From an uncultured Nitrospinota bacterium (GTDB taxonomy: Bacteria; Nitrospinota; Nitrospinia; CAJXCL01), in contig CAYMVZ010000042.1 of NCBI GenBank assembly GCA_964394335.1, positions 1 to 19,837 of the forward strand: 19,837 nt of DNA, written 5' to 3'. Shown here piece by piece: positions 8,843 to 15,325 of the stretch (position 1 is its first letter; every line of letters starts with the position of its first letter). Below the pieces are notes generated by a model. That model did no database searches. It was given only the letters and a program-made list of their open reading frames with translations, and was not told where the DNA came from. The translations under genes were made by a program, and so were the position numbers.

Positions 8843-9431
8843 TCACGTCCTCCTTCTCAAATTTAATTACTAAATTATTGACCTGTTTAAGAATCTTAAC
8901 TGAAAATACTTTCCTATCACCCCCTTTTATAGATATTTTAAACTAACTACTTTAGATTATTAAGAAATCGATTTTTGTAAACAGTAATTGAAAAATAAGC
9001 AGTAATTATAAAATAAAGATTAAGAGATTACAACTATAGTTTTAATTTTATCGTTCCTGGATTTTGCTTCGCCCCGCTGAGCGTGGCTTCGCAGATTCGC
9101 CCATAAAAAAGTACCTGCGAAGACAACTTGATATTATAACCAAAGCTCATTTAAATGCAACTTATATACCAGGTTTTTTAAAATAGTTGTCAGAATTTAT
9201 TTTATTGATAATAAAGGATTTAAATCTTGAAATAATGTTTGACCAGTTTTAAAAGCAGGCGATTCATTGTTTGCTGCTACAAATTTAAGCATGGAAAACA
9301 ATTTCTGCTTAATACTTATGCAAATCCAAAAAGAACTTTCTATTTACAAAAATTAACCTGTGGTCCCGGAGAAAACATTTCCTGCATACAATTCAAACAT
9401 TTGAAAAACATTTTTCACTCCTTGTTTTTTT

Positions 9432-9447
9432 TGGCACGACAATTGTA
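9432..9447 (+). promoter_or_regulatory. sigma-54 (-24/-12) promoter for the ANTAR response-regulator gene
   Basis: tTGGCACGacaaTTGTA gives TGGCACG as a perfect -24 element (9432-9438) and TTGT at the -12 position, with correct 10-nt GG-to-G spacing. It is about 50 nt upstream of the TTG start. An adjacent 7-bp inverted repeat tgaaaaa-ca-tttttca lies at 9402-9417. Confidence 0.55.
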
Positions 9448-9498
9448 ATTATTTTAGAAGCTGGTTTGTTTTGCGAAAATTAATATAAAGGAGTTAAA

Positions 9499-10083
9499 TT
9501 GAAAACAATTAAAACTACACGTTTACTTATTGCAGATGATCAGAGTTTTTCAAGAGATGCTTTAAAAGACGCATTAATTGAAAAAGGTTTTGATATAGCG
9601 GGGGAAGCAGCTACCGGTAAAGAGGCAATTAAATTAAATAAAAAATTGAAGCCTGATTTGATTTTTATGGACGTAAAAATGCCGGAATTAAACGGGATCG
9701 AAGCATCTCATGAGATTAACTCTAAAAACCCTGTTCCGATAATACTTTTAACTGTAAAAGATGACCGAAGTACAATAGAAAGAGCCAAGTCAGCGGGAGT
9801 AATGGCATATCTTGTTAAACCTTTTAATAAAAAAGAATTGGTTCCCAATATAGAGATTGCCATTAAACGTTTTCATGAGTTTAAAAAAGTGAAAAATGAG
9901 AATGCTGATTTAAAAGCAAAACTAAATGCAAGAAAACTCATAGAAAAGGCAAAAGGAATTCTCATGGAAAAGCATAATATTAATGAACAGGAGGCATTTA
10001 GAATGGTTCAAAAGGCTGCAATGGATAAACATACTTCAATGAAAGAGATTGCAGAGAGCATAATTATGACTGCTGATTTATAG
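9499..10083 (+). CDS. response regulator with receiver domain plus ANTAR RNA-binding antiterminator domain (AmiR/NasT-like)
   Basis: 194 aa with a TTG start and an AAGGAG RBS 5 nt upstream. The receiver domain is intact: DD (IADDQ), phospho-Asp (FMDVKMP), Thr (LLTV) and Lys (LVKPF) are present. The C-terminal KLIEKAKGILMEKHNINEQEAFRMVQKAAMDKHTSMKEIAESII matches the ANTAR helical domain. Confidence 0.85.
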   Translation: MKTIKTTRLLIADDQSFSRDALKDALIEKGFDIAGEAATGKEAIKLNKKLKPDLIFMDVKMPELNGIEASHEINSKNPVPIILLTVKDDRSTIERAKSAGVMAYLVKPFNKKELVPNIEIAIKRFHEFKKVKNENADLKAKLNARKLIEKAKGILMEKHNINEQEAFRMVQKAAMDKHTSMKEIAESIIMTADL

Positions 10084-10124
10084 TACACATACTGTTCAAA
10101 GAAGAGCAGGAATAGAGAAAAAGC

Positions 10125-10180
10125 AAAGGCGCTTTTTAATTGGATCCACTTAAGTGGAGCAATGAAAGCGCCTTTTTTTT
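10125..10180 (+). terminator. strong two-tier intrinsic terminator between the ANTAR regulator gene and amt2
   Basis: The outer stem pairs aaaggcgcttt (10125-10135) with aaagcgccttt (10165-10175). It encloses an inner perfect palindrome tccacttaagtgga (10145-10158) and is followed by T8 (10173-10180). Confidence 0.75.
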
Positions 10181-10185
10181 AGTGT

Positions 10186-10417
10186 TCAGGAATGACATGT
10201 CGGGAATGCCCGTATAGTAAGACGTATGCATTTCAAAATGACAACGCATATGTATGCCAGATTGATATTTTGCACTGTTTTGTCATTCCCAACTTGATTG
10301 GGAATCCAGATAAAAGAATTCCTGGATTCTAACTAAATCTTGTCCTCAACCTGGATTCCCGCTAAGTGCATGCGGGAATGACATGTGGGGAACATGCGGG
10401 ACTGATATGTCAGGAGC
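10186..10417 (+). repeat. cluster of REP/MITE-like repeats (GGGAATGACATGT cores, gtcattccc/gggaatcc inverted units, 67-bp unit at 10351-10417)
   Basis: Contains caggaatgacatgtcgggaatgcccg, gtcattcccaacttgattgggaat, gaatccag...ctggattc, attcccgc-taagtgcat-gcgggaat, and gcgggaatgacatgtgggga followed by acatgcgggactgatatgtcagga. The 67-bp unit recurs at 16641-16709 at about 84% identity. Confidence 0.7.
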
Positions 10418-10442
10418 TTCAATTATTTAGGTCATTAAAAAA

Positions 10443-11744
10443 ATGAAAATTTTATTTTTCTTAATACTGAGTGTTTTTCTCATTTCAGATGATAGTTTTG
10501 CCGCAAGACTTCTTACGTCTGAGGACGTTCAGAGGAATCTCAATATAGTATGGATCATTTTTGCGGCGATCCTTATTTTTTTGATGAAGGCAGGATTCGC
10601 TATGGTGGAGATTGGGTTTACCCGTTCTAAAAACGCGGTAAATGCCCTCATGAAAAATTTTGTTGATTTCGCCATAAGCGCTGTAACGTTTTGGGCAATC
10701 GGTTTTGGATTTATGTTCGGCACAACCAATGGGATATTCGGCACAGATGGGTTTTATCTCCAGGACTACATAAAAAATCTTGATCCGTGGCTTTTCGCTT
10801 TTTGGATGTTCCAGGTCGTTTTTGTTTCTTCAACGGCTGCGATTGTTTCCGGAGCTATGGCCGAACGTACCCGGTTTGTTGCCAGTCTAATGTTTACTCT
10901 ACTGCTGACTGCTTTTATTTACCCGATTTTTGGAAGCTGGGTTTGGGGCGGACTCTATCATGGTAGCGGCTGGTTGGAAAGACTGGGATTTATTGATTTT
11001 GCCGGCTCTACTGTGATCCATGCCATAGGAGGTTGGGCAGGACTTGCTGGAACAATCGTTCTCGGACCCAGGCTGGGAAAATTCAGTGAGAAAGGAGTGC
11101 TAAAACCTATTTTAGGTCATAACCTCCCTCTCGCAGCTCTTGGGACTTTGATTTTGTGGTTTGGCTGGTATGGGTTTAATGCGGGAAACACGTTGGAAGG
11201 CAATGAAAAAATAGGGTTAATTATCATCAACACCACACTTGGTGGAGCGGCCGGAGCACTTGCAGGGATGACAACTATATGGCTTATTGCAGGAAAACCG
11301 GATGCAGGCATGACTCTTAATGGAGCATTAGCCGGGCTGGTAGGAATTACTGCCGGTTGCGTTTATGTGTCGCCTTTCTGGGCAATTGTGATAGGCCTTG
11401 TTGCCGGTTGTCTTGTAGTCTTTTCCGTTAAGTTTTTCGACAGTCTGAAAATTGATGATCCTGTTGGCGCTATCTCTGTGCATGGGGTTTGCGGTGTATG
11501 GGGAACTTTAGCGGTTGGTCTCTTTAAAACCGGAGAATTATTTAATTTAAAAAATCTTAGCGTACAATTTTTAGGTTCTATAGTAGCTTTTTTTTGGTCA
11601 TTTTTTGTGGCTTATGCGTTTTTTAAATTCATCGATTATTTAGTGGGTCTTAGGGTTTCTGCTGAGGAAGAGTTTCGAGGGTTGGACTATTCTGAACATG
11701 CGGCAGGAGCTTACCCGGATTTTCACGTTACCTCTATTAACTGA
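10443..11744 (+). CDS. amt: ammonium transporter, Amt family (second, AT-rich paralogue)
   Basis: 433 aa with a signal peptide (MKILFFLILSVFLISDDSFA) and the Amt signature DFAGSTVIHAIGGWAGL. It has about 11 TM segments. Its codon usage is AT-rich, unlike amtB at 4262-5563. Confidence 0.88.
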   Translation: MKILFFLILSVFLISDDSFAARLLTSEDVQRNLNIVWIIFAAILIFLMKAGFAMVEIGFTRSKNAVNALMKNFVDFAISAVTFWAIGFGFMFGTTNGIFGTDGFYLQDYIKNLDPWLFAFWMFQVVFVSSTAAIVSGAMAERTRFVASLMFTLLLTAFIYPIFGSWVWGGLYHGSGWLERLGFIDFAGSTVIHAIGGWAGLAGTIVLGPRLGKFSEKGVLKPILGHNLPLAALGTLILWFGWYGFNAGNTLEGNEKIGLIIINTTLGGAAGALAGMTTIWLIAGKPDAGMTLNGALAGLVGITAGCVYVSPFWAIVIGLVAGCLVVFSVKFFDSLKIDDPVGAISVHGVCGVWGTLAVGLFKTGELFNLKNLSVQFLGSIVAFFWSFFVAYAFFKFIDYLVGLRVSAEEEFRGLDYSEHAAGAYPDFHVTSIN

Positions 11745-11764
11745 AGAATTTTTTGGATATCTAA

Positions 11765-12307
11765 ATGAAATCTTTGCCGGAAGAAGATTCAGTTCGCAGG
11801 CTGCCGAGGCCTGCCAATAAGAAGCAGATTATTATTGCTGTCCTCGCAACGGCTTTTGTTTTGATTATTTTTTATAGCTTTACGTCAGTCTCTTATTATT
11901 ATTCATCGACAAATTATTTTTGCTCGACTCAATGTCATGAAATGGTGCAGCCCTATCAGGAGTATCTTTTGTCCAGCCATTATGACAGCAGGAAAGGTGT
12001 TGTAGCGGATTGCGCCGACTGTCATTTGCCCCCCGGGTTAGTAGATAAGTGGTTTGTAAAAACAAAACAGGGAGTCCATGACTCTCTGGTTCATTTTTTT
12101 GGTGATCCGGAAAATCTGGATCATAATGCGCTTAAAATTTCTGCAAGAAAAAATATTCATCCCGGCGCTTGTATGAAGTGTCATAAAAACCTGTTTCCTT
12201 CGGACTTGCCCCGGGGCGGTTTCAAGGCTCATAAAGCCTTTGAAAATCAGGAAGCTAATAATTGTGTGGATTGCCATGTAAACCTGGTGCATGTTTCAGC
12301 CGGTTAA
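11765..12307 (+). CDS. NapC/NirT/NrfH-family membrane-anchored tetrahaem cytochrome c (quinol dehydrogenase-like)
   Basis: 180 aa with an N-terminal TM anchor (IIIAVLATAFVLIIFYSF). It has four haem-binding motifs: CSTQCHEM (CX3CH, non-canonical), CADCH, CMKCH and CVDCH. It starts 21 nt after the amt2 stop, so the two are probably co-transcribed. Confidence 0.82.
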   Translation: MKSLPEEDSVRRLPRPANKKQIIIAVLATAFVLIIFYSFTSVSYYYSSTNYFCSTQCHEMVQPYQEYLLSSHYDSRKGVVADCADCHLPPGLVDKWFVKTKQGVHDSLVHFFGDPENLDHNALKISARKNIHPGACMKCHKNLFPSDLPRGGFKAHKAFENQEANNCVDCHVNLVHVSAG

Positions 12308-12360
12308 ATGAAAATTGCGGAGTTCAGACTAAGGAAGGCGGATTGTTGCTAACAATGTCC

Positions 12361-12510
12361 GTAAGTTCTCAATAAGTCGGGGTAAGCCAAGGTCCATAAG
12401 TTTGTCATTCCCGAATGTTCCCCGATTAGAGAGTTCGAGGACAAGCTTTATCGGGAATCCAGGAATCAGCTTGACTACTAGATTCCCGATAGGAACGCTC
12501 GGGAATGACA
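12361..12510 (+). repeat. composite REP/MITE-like element with a nested 75-bp insertion (family shared with 15122-15200)
   Basis: gtaagttctcaataagtcggggtaagccaaggtccataagtttgtcattcccga, then an insert at 12415-12489 ending in attcccga, then taggaacgctcgggaatgaca. Removing the insert reconstitutes the hairpin gtcattcccga-N9-tcgggaatgac seen intact at 15169-15199. Confidence 0.75.
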
Positions 12511-12635
12511 AGATAGGGTATAGCCAATAGTGACCTGGCCCTGAGAACAGGTTTTTTGTTTTATAATAAAATTATACTTTACACAGAAGATTCCCAGCAG
12601 CTTGCTTCGGGGAGCTTCAATTGGAGGTTATTTTA

Positions 12636-13934
12636 ATGGAAAACTCTTGTTATAAAAAAAGTAATTTTGCGGGAAGTCCTTCGCAATATTCAATTCGCAA
12701 TATTCAATTCTCAATTTTGCCTGCATTATTCCTCTGCTTATTAGCCTCCATTCTGTTTTCACAAGTGGCTCATGCGGCAAGAACAGAGGGAGAAAGGGAA
12801 ATTAGCAAAAAATGTATCCTTTGTCATCAGGAAATTTCCCCTGGGATCGTGAACGACTGGGAAAAAAGTAATCATGCGAGAAGCGACATTACTTGCATAG
12901 ACTGTCACCGGGCCGACCCGACAGATGCGGATGCATGGAAGCACGAAGGTACTTATATTTCCACTATCGTCAGCCCCAGGGATTGTTCCAAATGCCATCC
13001 CAAAGCAGTGAAAGAGTTTGTTGATTCCAAACATTCCGGAGCCGCTACCTTTTTAAAAGCTGAAGCAGGGGATAGGCATAAAGATAATATTTTGGCATAT
13101 ACAATTGAGGGAGCTGAAGCTGCTGTTGTGGGGTGCGAGAAATGCCACGGTAATGTTGTAAAAGTCAAAAACGGAAAATTTGAGCCAGGCTCCTGGCCGA
13201 ACGGTGGAATTGGCAGGGTAAACCCTGATGGAAGCCGTGGTTCCTGCACCGCCTGTCATACCCGGCATGTCTTTTCCGTTGCTGAGGCCAGAAAGCCGGA
13301 GACTTGCGGTACCTGCCACATGGGGCCCGACCACCCGCATATAGAGATATATCTGGAGTCCAAGCATGGGGTCATTTATTCCAGTGAAAAAGAGAAGTGG
13401 GATTTTGACATTCCGGCAAATTCCTGGGATGTCAAACATTTTCGAGCTCCTACCTGCGCGACATGCCATATGTCCGGCATTGGCAATTTGGAGCCGACTC
13501 ACGATGTTGGAAAGCGTCTTTCATGGGTCTTAAGGTCTCCCCTTTCCATTAAAACCAACGGCTGGCAGGTCAAAAGAGAAGAAATGAAAAAAGTCTGCCT
13601 TTCCTGTCATTCAGATGGATGGGCGGAGGGATATTATTTTCAACTTGATAATGCGATAGCTCTTTATAATGAAGAATATTATAAGCCGGTTAGAAAGGCA
13701 CTGGATGAATTATACGCACTTGGCATATTAACGAAGCAATCATTTGACGAAGAAATTGAGTTCACATGGTTTGAATATTGGCACCATGAAGGGAGAAGAG
13801 CAAGGATGGGTGCAGCCATGATGGGGCCGGATTTTGCCCAGTGGCATGGTTTTTATGAACTGGCTAAAAACCGCCTTAAACTTTTGAATGAGATAAAAAA
13901 AATGAAAAACAAAAAATTGAACTATAAGGAATAA
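12636..13934 (+). CDS. periplasmic octahaem cytochrome c (HAO/OTR-like multihaem family), putative nitrite/hydroxylamine oxidoreductase
   Basis: Eight CXXCH motifs: CILCH, CIDCH, CSKCH, CEKCH, CTACH, CGTCH, CATCH and CLSCH. A signal peptide is present (hydrophobic core ILPALFLCLLASILF, cleavage near AHA-A). The preferred start is the ATG at 12636 with GGAGG 8 nt upstream; the ORF track's TTG at 12621 has no RBS. Confidence 0.8.
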   Translation: MENSCYKKSNFAGSPSQYSIRNIQFSILPALFLCLLASILFSQVAHAARTEGEREISKKCILCHQEISPGIVNDWEKSNHARSDITCIDCHRADPTDADAWKHEGTYISTIVSPRDCSKCHPKAVKEFVDSKHSGAATFLKAEAGDRHKDNILAYTIEGAEAAVVGCEKCHGNVVKVKNGKFEPGSWPNGGIGRVNPDGSRGSCTACHTRHVFSVAEARKPETCGTCHMGPDHPHIEIYLESKHGVIYSSEKEKWDFDIPANSWDVKHFRAPTCATCHMSGIGNLEPTHDVGKRLSWVLRSPLSIKTNGWQVKREEMKKVCLSCHSDGWAEGYYFQLDNAIALYNEEYYKPVRKALDELYALGILTKQSFDEEIEFTWFEYWHHEGRRARMGAAMMGPDFAQWHGFYELAKNRLKLLNEIKKMKNKKLNYKE

Positions 13935-13937
13935 CCT

Positions 13938-15047
13938 ATGACACCGGCACTAAACAGTGAAGAAGCTTACAAAAATGTTTTGAGAGGGTTGTGGAACAAT
14001 CGCAGCGGTACTTATGAAGAATGGGAAACTCTCATTAAGGAACTCCCTCATTATGGAATGACTGAAGAGAAAGCGCGGGCCTTGGAACCAGATGTTAAAG
14101 AATCTCTCGGCGTTGTCGTTCCCTGGTCTATATTCGATAAACCCGGGTTTGAAACTTCAAAAGAAAAGATTGCAAAACGCTTCCTTTTCTTTTCGCTGAG
14201 CTTTTGTTTTTTTTTAGTAATGCTCTGGATTTACCAGAGAGTTGAACCGAAGGAAACTCAGGCCATGCACCCGGTGTTTGCTGAATCCTCTTTAAAGGTA
14301 GAAAAGCAAAGAAGTAATAAAACATTTTTGCCCTTTGACAAAATGGTGGAAATTAAAGGAGGAAACTTTCTGATGGGAAGCAGTGATGGCGACTTCGATG
14401 AAGAGCCGATTCACAGAGTTCATTTACTTCCTTTCCAATTAGCTGGATATGAGGTGACCTACAGTCAATTCCAGGAATTTATTAAAGAAAATCCTCATTG
14501 GGAAAAAGGAAAACCTGGAATGAACGAAGTGGATTTGAATTACCTGAAAGACTGGAATGGAACAGACTTCCCGAAAGGCAGGGAAAACTTCCCTGTTGTT
14601 TATGTAAGCTGGTTTGCTGCTTCAGCCTATGCGTACTGGTTTGGAAGGCGGCTGCCCACAGAATCAGAATGGGAGTATGCCGCAAGAGGAGGATTGAGGG
14701 GAATGCCATATCCCTGGGGAAAAGTATCCGAATTCTGGATCGCAAACATTAAAACAGAGGGTTTAATAAATATGCCCAAACCTGTCGGCAATTACAGCAT
14801 GAACGGGTTTAGAATTTTTGACATGGCGGGAAACGTCAGAGAATGGACAGCCGATGGTTATTCCCTTTATAATCCAGCAGAACAAAGAAATCCTCAAATG
14901 ACTACGAATCAAAGGTATAAAGTTGTCAGGGGAGGGTCCTGGGAAACTTTTGGGAGGGACTCCAGGGTATCGAAAAGGTGGAGGGAACGCCCAAATCATT
15001 GCGGGCCTGATATAGGTTTTCGCGTTGCAACCGATATTTATAGCTGA
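13938..15047 (+). CDS. FGE-sulfatase/SUMF1-domain membrane protein (NirV-like)
   Basis: 369 aa. The ATG is 3 nt after the octahaem stop, with the AAGGA RBS overlapping that stop, indicating translational coupling. It has an N-terminal cytoplasmic region, one TM helix (FLFFSLSFCFFLVMLWIY), and a C-terminal FGE/SUMF1 domain (GGNFLMGS...PVVYVSWFAASAYAYWFGRRLPTESEWEYAARGG...GNVREW...VVRGGSW...GFRVA). Confidence 0.8.
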   Translation: MTPALNSEEAYKNVLRGLWNNRSGTYEEWETLIKELPHYGMTEEKARALEPDVKESLGVVVPWSIFDKPGFETSKEKIAKRFLFFSLSFCFFLVMLWIYQRVEPKETQAMHPVFAESSLKVEKQRSNKTFLPFDKMVEIKGGNFLMGSSDGDFDEEPIHRVHLLPFQLAGYEVTYSQFQEFIKENPHWEKGKPGMNEVDLNYLKDWNGTDFPKGRENFPVVYVSWFAASAYAYWFGRRLPTESEWEYAARGGLRGMPYPWGKVSEFWIANIKTEGLINMPKPVGNYSMNGFRIFDMAGNVREWTADGYSLYNPAEQRNPQMTTNQRYKVVRGGSWETFGRDSRVSKRWRERPNHCGPDIGFRVATDIYS

Positions 15048-15121
15048 TTTTCGGGTTAGATCAGGGGATTGAAAAAATATTAGACTGGATAACAGGATGG
15101 ACATGATTAAATCCTTTTTAT

Positions 15122-15200
15122 GTAAGTTCTCAATAACAAAGTCGGGGTAAGCCAGGGTCCCTATGTTTGTCATTCCCGATAGGAACACTCGGGAATGACA
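15122..15200 (+). repeat. REP/MITE-like element, intact copy (gtaagttctcaataa...gtcattcccga-taggaacac-tcgggaatgac)
   Basis: 79 bp, near-identical to the flanks of the 12361-12510 copy but without the 75-bp insert. It contains a perfect 11-bp-stem hairpin at 15169-15199. Confidence 0.75.
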
Positions 15201-15228
15201 GGAAGGGTGATCTCCTCAACTCTGTATA

Positions 15229-15272
15229 AGGCGCTGTAAAAAGCAAAAACTTAACAGCGCCTAAACTTTTTG
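15229..15272 (+). terminator. candidate intrinsic terminator ending the amt2-cytochrome-FGE transcription unit
   Basis: A 9-bp GC-rich stem: aggcgctgt (15229-15237) paired with acagcgcct (15254-15262), with a 16-nt A-rich loop, followed by aaaCTTTTT. Confidence 0.45.
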
Positions 15273-15325
15273 AGATGTTACAACTATGTAATAAAAATTA
15301 TTAATTTTTTTTGGAGGAAATAATA

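Noticed and set aside
9239-9448. 69-aa plus-strand ORF upstream of the ANTAR regulator
   Set aside because: It has no RBS and a basic low-complexity translation, and it ends exactly on the sigma-54 -24/-12 element. The region is better explained as a promoter or leader.
12621-12635. TTG start for the octahaem gene, as in the ORF track
   Set aside because: The ATG at 12636 has a GGAGG 8 nt upstream, while the TTG has none. The same applies to the SPFH gene, where ATG at 15326 is preferred over TTG at 15311.
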